In this document: piece after piece, positions 35,311-45,094 of the stretch
How the letters are laid out: each line of letters opens with the position of its first letter
Position numbering within the stretch: the first letter of the stretch is position 1
Assembly: GCA_963674735.2 (NCBI GenBank)
Contig: CAXXQS010000001.1
Coordinates: 1,632,001 to 1,696,000 of the forward strand
Origin: Myxococcota bacterium
Lineage (GTDB): Bacteria; Myxococcota_A; SURF-8
Direction: 5' to 3'
Length of the DNA stretch: 64,000 nt
Notes under the pieces: generated by a model
The model's input: the letters and a program-made list of their open reading frames with translations, nothing else
What the model was told of the DNA's origin: nothing
Database searches by the model: none
Program-made: the position numbers and the translations under genes

Positions 35311-36651
35311 ATGGGGTCGATTATGGCAGGTGCGACGCAGCGAGCACAATGGACATCTAAACTGGGTTTCATTTTGGCCGCGGCCGGATCGGCGATCGGC
35401 TTGGGCAATATCTGGCGTTTCCCCTACGTCACGCAGGAAAACGGCGGCGGAATCTTCGTGGTTCTCTACATACTCGCCATCGTCTTCATCGGGCTGCCGG
35501 TCATGTTGGCCGAATTGAGCATCGGCCGCCACACCCAGGCCAACCCCGTGGGTGCGTTTCGAAAAATCGCGCCGAAATGGCAAGCCATCGGCATTTTGGG
35601 GGTCATCACCGGGCTCGGCATCTTTTCCTATTATGCCGTCGTTGCGGGCTGGACACTCGGCTACGTGATCAAATCGGCCGGAAACGACCTCGACCCCAGC
35701 GGATTCGGCCCCTTCATCGGCGATGCTCAACAACAGATTCTTTACTGCCTGGCTTTTATCGTACTCACCTGCACGATTGTCGGACGGGGCGTACAAAAAG
35801 GGATCGAACGCATGGCCAAAGTGCTGATGCCCGTCCTGCTGATCCTCATGCTGGCCCTGATTGCCCGAGGGCTGACCTTGCCCACCGCCATGGAAGGGCT
35901 GTCGTTCTATCTGACGCCCGATATCGACCGACTGAGCCCGCAGACCTTTCTACTGGCCATCGGACAGGCCTTCTTCTCGATTTCGGTGGGGATGGGCGTG
36001 ATGATTACCTACGGAGGCTATCTCAGTAAAAAAGACAACCTGCTGACTTCGGCCGTCGCCGTCGTAAGCTTCGATACGCTGATCGCTCTGCTCGCCGGTT
36101 TCATGATTTTCCCGGTTATCGGGCATAGCCTCGAAAAGGGCGGTGCAACGCTCGTTTTCGTCACCATGATCGAGCAGTTCAACCAAATGCCGGGCGGACA
36201 ATACGTAGCCTTGGGCTTCTTCCTACTGCTGCTGGTCGCCGCGCTGACCTCCACCGTCTCGCTGGCCGAAGTGGTGACCGCCTTTCTGACCGACGAATGG
36301 CGCTGGAGCCGGGTCAAGGCGGTCTGCGTCATCGGCGTGCTGACCATCCTGCTCGGCATCCCTTCCGCCCTGTCGCTGGGCGCATCTCCGGCATTGAGCG
36401 ACATCGTGGCCGGGAAGGGGTTCCTCGACATCATGGACTTCGCCTTCGGCAATGTCTTCCTCGGCCTCGGCGCTTTGCTGACCTGCATCTTTTTGATTTA
36501 TCGTTGGGGTATCGGCAACGCGGCCCGGGAAATCGTCGAAACCGCCCCCGAATTCGCCCGCTTCGTTGGCCTGTGGCGCATTCTCGTGGGCGGAATCGTG
36601 CCGCTTTCCATCGTTATTTTGATCGTTTACACGGTCGCAACCAGCTTTTAA
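35311..36651 (+). CDS. Sodium-dependent transporter, NSS/SNF (LeuT-like) family
   Basis: RAQWTSKLGFILAAAGSAIGLGNIWRFPY, GGG.F, GQAFFSISVG, AALTS; ~11-12 TMs. Confidence 0.95.
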   Translation: MGSIMAGATQRAQWTSKLGFILAAAGSAIGLGNIWRFPYVTQENGGGIFVVLYILAIVFIGLPVMLAELSIGRHTQANPVGAFRKIAPKWQAIGILGVITGLGIFSYYAVVAGWTLGYVIKSAGNDLDPSGFGPFIGDAQQQILYCLAFIVLTCTIVGRGVQKGIERMAKVLMPVLLILMLALIARGLTLPTAMEGLSFYLTPDIDRLSPQTFLLAIGQAFFSISVGMGVMITYGGYLSKKDNLLTSAVAVVSFDTLIALLAGFMIFPVIGHSLEKGGATLVFVTMIEQFNQMPGGQYVALGFFLLLLVAALTSTVSLAEVVTAFLTDEWRWSRVKAVCVIGVLTILLGIPSALSLGASPALSDIVAGKGFLDIMDFAFGNVFLGLGALLTCIFLIYRWGIGNAAREIVETAPEFARFVGLWRILVGGIVPLSIVILIVYTVATSF

Positions 36652-36675
36652 AACGCGCCCCGAATCCGCACTCAC

Positions 36676-37794
36676 TTAAAATCGGGTTCCCTTGTGGAAG
36701 CCGTTCCACATTTTCACCATTTTGTCCACCGGCAGCGCCGGAGCCAGGTGGTTATTGACGCCCGTCATATCATGGGCCGTGCACAGTGCGTTCAAAATTG
36801 CCTCTTCCGTGGCTTCGATGGCGGCCTCGTAAAGCGGATTGATGTGTTGATCGTTGAGAATCGTCAATTGGTGCGTGCGTTTGCGGCTTTTATTGGGGAT
36901 CGTGTTCGCGGTCGAAAGCCCGATAATGATCTCACCCGAACCATGCGCCGCATGACTGCCCACGCGTCCGATTCCCAACGCCACCCGCTTGCATAAACGA
37001 TTGATTTGCAACGATAAAAGCGGGGCATCGGTCGCCAGCACCGCGATAATGCTGCCGTAGCTTTGCTTGCGCTTGGAATAACTCTCGAATTCCGAAGCCA
37101 AATAACGACCGATGGGCAGGCCGTCCACCCGTAGATCGCGCATCCGACCGAAGTTACTCATCACCAACACGCCGATCGTGTACGCGCCGTGCCGCGACGG
37201 CAACCGACGAGACGAGGTCCCGATTCCACCGGAGAAATCGCAGGTCATCATGCCGGTTCCGCCCCCGACGTTGCCCTCCTCCACCGGTCCCGAACGGGCC
37301 ATTTTCAACGCTTCGTAGACATGTTCAGCCTTGACGTGGCGACCGGCGATATCGTTCAACCAGGAATCGTCGCATTCGCCAACGACCGGCAACAGAACGT
37401 CCTGCTCCACACCGATCCCCGGATAGCGTTCCACCATGTATTTCACGAGACCCTGGGAACAGGAACCGACACTAAGCGTGTTCGTCAGCAGAATCGGCGT
37501 TTCCATCAACCCCCATTCCATCACCTGCGTGCGGCCGGTCATCTCGCCCGCGCCGTTGAGCACGAAACCGCCACTGACCACACGCTCGCTGAACACGTCA
37601 CCGTTGGACGGATGGATCGCCGTCACCCCGGTACGGATCGGACCTTTGCCGCGCCGAAGTTTGCCCTGCCCTTCGATAATCGTCGAATGCCCGACCAGAA
37701 CGCCTTTGACATCGGTGATGGCATTGTAACGTCCGGGCTCGAATCGCCCGATAGCGATCCCCAAATCCCGCAGTCTCACTCTTTCTTCAGTCAT
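36676..37794 (-). CDS. DmpA-family (P1/S58) L-aminopeptidase/D-esterase or beta-peptidyl aminopeptidase
   Basis: NAITDVKGVLVGH, RTGVTAI, LNGAGE.TG, LTNTLSVG, PVVGECDD, EGNVGGGTGM, GSII (autocleavage G/S) ATDAPL. Confidence 0.9.
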   Translation of the reverse strand: MTEERVRLRDLGIAIGRFEPGRYNAITDVKGVLVGHSTIIEGQGKLRRGKGPIRTGVTAIHPSNGDVFSERVVSGGFVLNGAGEMTGRTQVMEWGLMETPILLTNTLSVGSCSQGLVKYMVERYPGIGVEQDVLLPVVGECDDSWLNDIAGRHVKAEHVYEALKMARSGPVEEGNVGGGTGMMTCDFSGGIGTSSRRLPSRHGAYTIGVLVMSNFGRMRDLRVDGLPIGRYLASEFESYSKRKQSYGSIIAVLATDAPLLSLQINRLCKRVALGIGRVGSHAAHGSGEIIIGLSTANTIPNKSRKRTHQLTILNDQHINPLYEAAIEATEEAILNALCTAHDMTGVNNHLAPALPVDKMVKMWNGFHKGTRF

Positions 37795-37796
37795 GG

Positions 37797-39848
37797 TTAG
37801 TTCTGGGCTTTCTTCAACGTATGTTGTTGTTTTCGTTTAGCTTTAAGACGTTTGATCGCCGGTGCCATCACGGAACCGATCAAGGTTCGGTAGTCCATCC
37901 CCGCCGATTCGGCAATCAAACAGAGATCCGACCAACCGGGCGTCAAGCCGGGCAAGGGATTGCACTCGATGAAATGCACTTTGCCCTTCGCGTCCAGGCG
38001 CAAGTCGATCCGCGCGACATCCGAGCAACCCAAAACCATGTAGGCCGACCGGGCTACTTGTTCGAGACTCTTGCGCAGTTTGTCATCCACCTTGGCCGGG
38101 GTGTCGTAACGGACTTCATTCGCTTGATCGAGCTTGTGCCCGAAGGTATATACGGGGCGTTTCATATCGGGATTGATGAAGACAATTTCCATCGGCGGCA
38201 AGACCTTGGGCCGGGTTTCACCGAGCAATCCCAGCGTAAACTCGCGACCGGGAAGGTATTCCTCCACCAAAACCGGCTGCCGGTATTTTTCGATCAATTG
38301 CGCGGCCAGTGCGCGCAGATCCTCTTCGTTCTCCACGACACTGATTCCCATCACACCTTTCGAACTACCCTCGGCGTTGGGCTTCAGAATGACGGGAAAG
38401 CGCATCCGCTTGGGAATCCGTTCACTGCCTTTTCGCATCAGGACAAATGCCGGAGTCGGAATACCGGCCTGGCGCACCACCCGCTTGGCAAGCGATTTAT
38501 CGAGGGCGATGGACAAGGTCGCCGGGTCGGACCCGGTGTATTCGATATCCAGCAAATCCAAGATGGCCGGGACCTGCGCCTCGCGACTGCGTCCCCTTAT
38601 GCCTTCCGCGATATTGAAAACAAGATCGAGAGGCGTGGAAGACAAAATCGACGGCAATTCCGGAGTCGCTTCCAAATAGATCACCTCGTGCCCATAGGAC
38701 TCGATGGCTTCTCCGATCGCCTTGATCGTTTTGGGCGAGTCATACTCGGCATCCTGGTCGTCATCCTCTTCATGTTTGGGGACGATACGTTTTTCGTTGT
38801 AGGTAACGCCCACGACCAAGCGGTCTTTGGGAATCCGGTACTTGCGCTTGTCCAAAGATAAATCGTAGCGCGCTGCCGCACTTTTGATGATGGTTTTCAG
38901 AACCGCATCGATTCCTTCAAGCCCCGCCTTCTCAGCCGCAACATAGATGCCCGCTCCCGGTTCCAGGCTGGGCAAGGCGTTGAGCTCGATAAAATAGATG
39001 CGCCCATCTTTCCCGATGCGATAGTCGATGCGCCCTAGATCGCGGATCCCCAGCACCTTGAAAATGATTTCGGAGTAACGCTTCATCTCGCGTTGCTGAG
39101 CCGAGGTGAGATCGGCCGGCGATTTCAGCGACACACAATCGTAATCGACGTGTTTCAGTTGATAATCGTAAATGTTGTAGCGCCGTTGCGTATCCTCCGG
39201 CAAGTCGAAAACGTATTCCGCGGACGGCAGGATGCCATTTTTCAGCCCTGGCGCTTTTTCCAGAAACGGCACGACCACGTCGCGTCCTTCGATGTATTCC
39301 TCGATCAACAGACCGCTCGGATAGCGTCCGAGTAATTCGGGAATGACTTCGACCAGCCGCTCGGGCGTCTCGACAACCGAATCCTGTGTGATTCCCTTCG
39401 AGCTGCCCTCGAAATTGGGTTTGATAATCACCGGATAGTTCAATTCCGGATCGCTCCAGGATGAGAAATCCTGAACGAAAACACTCCTCGGAACCGGAAT
39501 CCCGTGAGCCGCCAGGGTTTGTTTGGTCTGCATTTTATCGAGCGTAAGCGTACAGACATACGCATCGGAGCCGGTATACGGCAAGCTGAGCTGCTCGAAT
39601 AGGGCCGGATAAAACGCTTCGCGGTAACGCCCGTGGCGACCTTCCGCCGTATTGAACACCAGATGCGGATTCAACGCTTCCAAGCGCGCCACCAACTGCG
39701 AGGCCGGGCCGGAAACCTCGATCAACTCAACCGAATGTCCCAGCTTTTCAATCGACTGGGCAATGGCCAAAACAGTATCCGGCCGATCGAACTCGGCTTC
39801 CTCTTCACGGTCGGACAACTGGAGGTTGTGCGTAAAGGCGATTTTCAT
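37797..39848 (-). CDS. Tandem double D-Ala-D-Ala-ligase-like ATP-grasp protein
   Basis: Two complete copies: VFNTAEG/VFNIAEG, YTGSD twice, KPNFEGSSKG/KPNAEGSSKG, RIDYR/RIDLR, IELNALP/IECNPLPG. Confidence 0.9.
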   Translation of the reverse strand: MKIAFTHNLQLSDREEEAEFDRPDTVLAIAQSIEKLGHSVELIEVSGPASQLVARLEALNPHLVFNTAEGRHGRYREAFYPALFEQLSLPYTGSDAYVCTLTLDKMQTKQTLAAHGIPVPRSVFVQDFSSWSDPELNYPVIIKPNFEGSSKGITQDSVVETPERLVEVIPELLGRYPSGLLIEEYIEGRDVVVPFLEKAPGLKNGILPSAEYVFDLPEDTQRRYNIYDYQLKHVDYDCVSLKSPADLTSAQQREMKRYSEIIFKVLGIRDLGRIDYRIGKDGRIYFIELNALPSLEPGAGIYVAAEKAGLEGIDAVLKTIIKSAAARYDLSLDKRKYRIPKDRLVVGVTYNEKRIVPKHEEDDDQDAEYDSPKTIKAIGEAIESYGHEVIYLEATPELPSILSSTPLDLVFNIAEGIRGRSREAQVPAILDLLDIEYTGSDPATLSIALDKSLAKRVVRQAGIPTPAFVLMRKGSERIPKRMRFPVILKPNAEGSSKGVMGISVVENEEDLRALAAQLIEKYRQPVLVEEYLPGREFTLGLLGETRPKVLPPMEIVFINPDMKRPVYTFGHKLDQANEVRYDTPAKVDDKLRKSLEQVARSAYMVLGCSDVARIDLRLDAKGKVHFIECNPLPGLTPGWSDLCLIAESAGMDYRTLIGSVMAPAIKRLKAKRKQQHTLKKAQN

Positions 39849-40118
39849 TTTTTTGCTTTTTTTTTCGGTGCACGGTTTTTAGGTTTGGGAAACCATTTGC
39901 AGAGTTACCACTTTTCTAAAATAATTCCATTATTTTTTTCTCATACCTTCTTTTTTATCCGCCATCGATCAACGGCGTTCTTTCTCCCCGACGCAAAAGA
40001 GAGATATCCACATGATATTTCTATGGATTCCTGTTTCATCGAAATTGCGAAGCCGAAGCGAATATTTGGCCTCACGGCCTTGTAAAGCAATACCCGCAGA
40101 AATACAACCGAACCGGCT

Positions 40119-42002
40119 CTACCGCTCGATCACCAGCCAGCTTTCCATACGGATATTCGCGCCACTACCGGTGTAAGCTTCGTCCCGGTAAAAGCCGGAG
40201 TAGGTGAACACGTTTTCCGCACCCTTCGTCACAAGAGAGGTAATGTCGGTCAAGACAGGCGCCACCTCGCGCCCCGGACACCAGCCGCTGCGACCATACC
40301 ACCAGGTGCCGTATTGGTTGGGTACGGTCCCCTCTCCCACCTGATCCATGCAGCCGGTATTTGTTCCTGCCTGGGGAAAATCCAACTGGATTTCGTCATC
40401 ATTCACACCGAAATGATGGCTGGTATTGCAGAATTCGGCACAATTTCCCGGACTCGCCATCCCATGCCCCGTGATAACGGTTGCCAGCTTCACGGCCACG
40501 GCATCCGCCGGAATGCTCAAGGTCCGCGCTTCATATTGGCTGTTGTAATCGGCGTTGAAGGCTCCACCCGAGAACAGATGGGTGGCCTCGGAGGGTTGAC
40601 TTTCTTTCGCTTGATTCATCAAGCGTATGGACAACTCGACTTCGTATGGTTGCTGGGTATAGAAAGCCAGGCGGCGCGTGCCTCCCGCTGCGAAAAGCGG
40701 AAGGAAATGGCTGACATCGTGTACCCAACGCCCTTCCCGATGATAGGTCGTAATCCAGCGTCCAATCTCGATATTGCAGGTATCGGGGTTTTCCACCTCA
40801 CACAGATACAGATGGACGATGTAATCCCAGGCCGGACAATCCCCGTATTCACCATCCCCCACACAGCCGAGATAGAGATCAAGTTCCATCGTATCCATTT
40901 CAGCCATCGTTTCGGCATTGGGGAAAACGACATCGGCATACCCCTTCGTACCCGCCCAGCCCGGATCGGACAACTCCTCGCCCGCAAATGCCGAAAGCAC
41001 CGTTGCCGTCTGCGCCGCCATCCGCTCCTCGCGTTCCGCCTCGAAATTGTAATAAATCGCTTCGTTGGCCGCCATGGATAGGTTGGGCGCATACCAGCCG
41101 ACTCCGGCATCGTAGCGGGTCTGGTCGGCATAGCTCCCGATATAACGGATACATTGAAGACGATCGATACCCACGCCCCAGCCGGGGCTCTTCAACACGG
41201 TTCCCAACCAGCCTGAGAGGTTCTGAACCGACTCGTTCACGTAGTGAATTCGATGATACCAGCGGTCTTGAACCGCCTTCTCTTCATCGGCTATGGCCGC
41301 TTCGACATCTTCGCGCAAGCTTTTGAGCAGGGTGATGATCGCCAGGGAATCGGTCGTACTGAGGATGAAAAACACCTGTGCGTTTTCGGGGAGGCGCTCC
41401 AGCAGGTCATCGACATCGCGGCTCCAAAGCGGCGTGCCGAATCCTTGGTTTTGACGCGGATTCTGCTGAATAAACAGGTACGTTTCACAACCCGTCCAGT
41501 TATCCTTCAGGTTCCATTCGCCTGCGGTCGTCTGCAGGGTGAGATCGGCCGCTTTGGCATAAAGATCGGTAGCCGCCTCCACATCTTCAAAGGAACGGAC
41601 GGCAAGCCCCAGATCCGAACATTGGAAGGTGTCGGGGGGAACGACAATCGCGTCTTCCTCCGCCTCTATTTCCGCCTCGCTCTCGTCCAGATCGCCATCC
41701 CCCTCGTCCCCATCGGTTTCGTCGCCATCGGAATCGACATTTTCCGGCCGACACGTCCCGGATGCCGCATCCCATACAAAACCGTTCGGACAGGGACGTC
41801 CCGGCAAGCAGGCACCCGTTTCGCTATCGCGGTAGAAACCATCGGGACAGCTTGATGCGTCAGCATCGCCGTCGCTCATCACATCGCCATCGGGATCACT
41901 GAATCCATCCCCGCCGGAATCGCCGTCACAACCACCAAAAAGAAAAAGCGCGATAAGCATCAAGCTAGCGAAAAGGACAGTTTGGAGAAGACGTTGGGTC
42001 AT
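40119..42002 (-). CDS. Lipoprotein with DGD tether and C-terminal peptide-N-glycosidase F-like domains
   Basis: Lipobox FGGC; DGD repeats around a small Cys-rich module; CPAWDY, EIGRWITTY, ITGHG..CAEFC, PNQYGTWWYGRSGWCPG. Confidence 0.8.
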   Translation of the reverse strand: MTQRLLQTVLFASLMLIALFLFGGCDGDSGGDGFSDPDGDVMSDGDADASSCPDGFYRDSETGACLPGRPCPNGFVWDAASGTCRPENVDSDGDETDGDEGDGDLDESEAEIEAEEDAIVVPPDTFQCSDLGLAVRSFEDVEAATDLYAKAADLTLQTTAGEWNLKDNWTGCETYLFIQQNPRQNQGFGTPLWSRDVDDLLERLPENAQVFFILSTTDSLAIITLLKSLREDVEAAIADEEKAVQDRWYHRIHYVNESVQNLSGWLGTVLKSPGWGVGIDRLQCIRYIGSYADQTRYDAGVGWYAPNLSMAANEAIYYNFEAEREERMAAQTATVLSAFAGEELSDPGWAGTKGYADVVFPNAETMAEMDTMELDLYLGCVGDGEYGDCPAWDYIVHLYLCEVENPDTCNIEIGRWITTYHREGRWVHDVSHFLPLFAAGGTRRLAFYTQQPYEVELSIRLMNQAKESQPSEATHLFSGGAFNADYNSQYEARTLSIPADAVAVKLATVITGHGMASPGNCAEFCNTSHHFGVNDDEIQLDFPQAGTNTGCMDQVGEGTVPNQYGTWWYGRSGWCPGREVAPVLTDITSLVTKGAENVFTYSGFYRDEAYTGSGANIRMESWLVIER

Positions 42003-42319
42003 AGCTGGAACTCCTCAGAACGAGTTAAACGGCCTGCACATAACCCCGGCCGAGAAAATGTCACATCAACGAGCAGCCAGTATCACATTAAGTGTTCGTG
42101 ATTACAACATTATATCCTGTGCACAAGCCGCATTCCAAGCATCGGAAACCGGATCGTCAAGCCATGCATTCAAAACGCGAGGGCCTGGTTTCCATCGATT
42201 TTCCAAACCCGCTTTCGCCGATTTACTCAATGATCGCAATCAGGTGGAAGAAAAAGGGGAATGCGTTCCGCTCCAATCCCCTTCTAACCTTGCAACTACA
42301 CGTTTGAAAAAGGAATGAC

Positions 42320-42961
42320 TTGAACACACCAACCCCACATTCGACCGCGCCGAAGCCTCACGGTTCTTTTGCACTCGCGCGCATCCTGCTCGCTCTCACC
42401 GTCGCCTGGAATATCGTCGAGTTTGTGGTGGCTCTCTGGGCGGGCGACCGCGCCGATTCCCTGGCCTTGATCGGGTTCGGTCTCGATTCCGGCATTGAAA
42501 CCTTTGCCGCCGTGTTTGCCTTGCTTACCTTCGGAAGCCTGTCCGACCCGGACCTGGACGACGAGGCAGCCGAAAGCCGAGATCGGCGTCTTCACCAAGT
42601 GGTGGGCGGAACCTTTTTGGCTTTATCATTATGGATCGGCATTCAAGCCGCCATCAAGCTACTGGGCGGCGAACCGGCTCAGCCGAGTGGAATCGGGTTG
42701 ATTTTGGCGATTATCAGCCTGGTGGTGATGCCCTTTCTCGGATTCGCCAAATATCGCAACGCAGAACGCCTCGGCGCATCCGGACTCATGGCCGAAGCGA
42801 AAGAGACCATCGCCTGCGCCTACCTTTCCTTTACACTTCTGGCAGGGCTTGCGGCCCACATGTGGCTGAATTTGAACTGGATCGATAGCCTTACCGCTCT
42901 GTTTCTGATACCATGGTTGGTCAAAGAGGGTTTGGAAGGATTGCGCGGGGACGACGACTGA
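42320..42961 (+). CDS. Short cation-diffusion-facilitator-like transporter (TM domain only, TMEM163-like)
   Basis: TVAWNIVE, SLALIGFGLDSGIE, AEAKETIACAYLS, WIDS; ~5-6 TMs; TTG start after AAGGA. Confidence 0.8.
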   Translation: MNTPTPHSTAPKPHGSFALARILLALTVAWNIVEFVVALWAGDRADSLALIGFGLDSGIETFAAVFALLTFGSLSDPDLDDEAAESRDRRLHQVVGGTFLALSLWIGIQAAIKLLGGEPAQPSGIGLILAIISLVVMPFLGFAKYRNAERLGASGLMAEAKETIACAYLSFTLLAGLAAHMWLNLNWIDSLTALFLIPWLVKEGLEGLRGDDD

Positions 42962-42965
42962 CACC

Positions 42966-43997
42966 ATGCCGCATTCACATCATCACGAACACGATCAGGC
43001 CGACCACCATAGCCATGGGTCTCACCATGACCACCATGGTCACCATTCCCATATTCCATCCGGAAGCGGAGCATTATCAGCACTGAAAGTCGCCCTGTTT
43101 CTCAACGCCTCTTTTCTCGTCCTCGAATTACTGGTGGGTTTGTTCTCCAACTCATTGGCGCTCTTGTCGGATGCAGGGCACATGGTCTCGGATGTCGCGG
43201 CGCTCGCTCTGGCCGCCATGGCCGAACGGCTATCGCAAGCAACCCCGCGAGCCTCCTTCACGTTCGGTTTCAAACGCCTCCCGGTTCTGGGTGGTTTTGC
43301 CAACGCCCTGACATTACTGGCGATTGTCGTCATCATTTTCTGGCAAGCTTGGCAACGCCTGATCGAAAGCCCGGAAGTTATGGGCTGGCCGGTTCTGCTG
43401 GTCGGGGCCGCCGGATTGCTGGTCAACCTGGTCTCGGCCTGGTGGTTGCATCGCTCGGCCTCCGATTCCATCAATATCCGAGGAGCCATTTTGCACCTGA
43501 TGGCCGACTCGCTGGGTTCACTCGGCGCGATCGTGGCCGCCATCGTCATCATCACCACCGGTTGGACACCCATCGATGCATTGGTTTCGGTCTTGATCGG
43601 TCTGTTGATTCTTTTGGCCACGCTCCCGCTTCTACGCGATGCAATGAAAGTTCTGCTGCAGGCGGCTCCGGCCTCCGTCGATATGGCCGACTTGCGCCAA
43701 TTTATCGAAAACGCCAATGAAGTCGAGCAGATCATCGATTTGCACGTTTGGGAACTCGATTCCGGGCAAGTCATGCTGACCGGCACTTTTGAAACAAATT
43801 GCGGCAGTATCTCGGTTCTACATCGGACTGCCGCACACCTGCATGAAAGCTTTAACGAAACATTCGGTATTTCCCACGCCACAATCGAATGGTGCCCGGC
43901 CGATCATAGCGGCGTCGAGTCGCACTTCATCCCGAGTTGCGACTATTGCAAACCCACCATTTCCCTCCCGGAATCGTCTCCGCCCAAGACCGAGTGA
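42966..43997 (+). CDS. czcD: CDF zinc/cobalt efflux transporter (CzcD/ZitB-like) with His-rich N-terminus
   Basis: NSLALLSDAGHMVSD, TFGFKR, NIRGAILHLMADSLGS, DLHVW, HATIE; poly-His N-terminus. Confidence 0.88.
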   Translation: MPHSHHHEHDQADHHSHGSHHDHHGHHSHIPSGSGALSALKVALFLNASFLVLELLVGLFSNSLALLSDAGHMVSDVAALALAAMAERLSQATPRASFTFGFKRLPVLGGFANALTLLAIVVIIFWQAWQRLIESPEVMGWPVLLVGAAGLLVNLVSAWWLHRSASDSINIRGAILHLMADSLGSLGAIVAAIVIITTGWTPIDALVSVLIGLLILLATLPLLRDAMKVLLQAAPASVDMADLRQFIENANEVEQIIDLHVWELDSGQVMLTGTFETNCGSISVLHRTAAHLHESFNETFGISHATIEWCPADHSGVESHFIPSCDYCKPTISLPESSPPKTE

Positions 43998-44105
43998 TCC
44001 GTTCCCACCGCGCGAATTCCCTTGCGAAGGTCCATGGGCCATGATAGCCTGACTACTCGGTAAACACAGGGTTTTCCACACTTTTATGTAAGACGGACCT
44101 GCGGC

Positions 44106-45094
44106 ATGGAACAAACTGAAATCCTATCGTTCGACAACAATGAGTATTGCCGCACCTTGTTCGGTTTGCACAATACCCATCTGCAAGTCATTGCCAGACA
44201 TTACGACATCCAAGTCGATTCCCGTGGCAATGAAATCACCTTGCGGGGCGAATCCGATAACGTGAAACAGGCGCTGAAAGTTTTGAATCAACTCTACACC
44301 CTGGTTGAACGGCGTTATCCGCTAAGCGAATCCGACATCCATCAGGCTTTCGAAATCCTCGAACAACATCCCGACAGCCAGCTGGAGCGTGTGTTTCTCG
44401 ACAAAGCGATCATCAGCGGAACGGGGCGCAAACGCATCACGCCGAAATCTCCGGCCCAGAAGGCCTATGTCGATGCCATCGAACGCCTCGATCTCGTGTT
44501 TTCGGTCGGGCCGGCCGGCACCGGGAAAACCTATCTGGCCATGGCCATGGCGGTGGCGGCGCTTTTACGGAAAGACTACAAGCGCATCATCCTCACCCGT
44601 CCGGCGGTTGAGGCAGGCGAACACCTCGGTTTTCTTCCCGGCGACCTCATCGAAAAAGTCAATCCGTACCTGCGCCCGCTCTATGATGCGCTTTACGACA
44701 TGATCGACATCGAAAAGGCGCGTGTGTGGATGCAGCAAGGGACCGTCGAAGTGGCTCCACTGGCCTTTATGCGCGGACGCACCCTCAACGATAGTTTCAT
44801 CATTCTCGACGAAGCGCAAAACACCACTCCCCCGAGCAGATGAAGATGTTTCTGACACGCATCGGCTTCGGATCGAAGGCGGTCGTCACCGGCGACATCA
44901 CCCAGATCGACTTGCCCAACAACACCCATTCCGGTCTCGTGCACGCGGTTGGAATCTTGAAAGACGTGGAAGGCATCGCCACGTGCCGCTTCACGCATCG
45001 TGACGTGGTACGGCATCCGCTTGTCAAGCGGATCGTCCTGGCCTATGACAACTACGACCGAGGTAAGGATGTCCAGCAAAACAAATCCAAATAA
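44106..45094 (+). CDS. phoH: PhoH-like ATPase, split by an apparent frameshift at ~44829-44833
   Basis: [38 protein letters not shown] in one frame; [26 protein letters not shown] continues in another frame after a C5 run. Confidence 0.9.

Noticed and set aside
37797-39848. Calling this gene canonical ddl
   Set aside because: It has two fused domains, lacks the N-terminal D-Ala-binding motif and has no cell-wall gene context.
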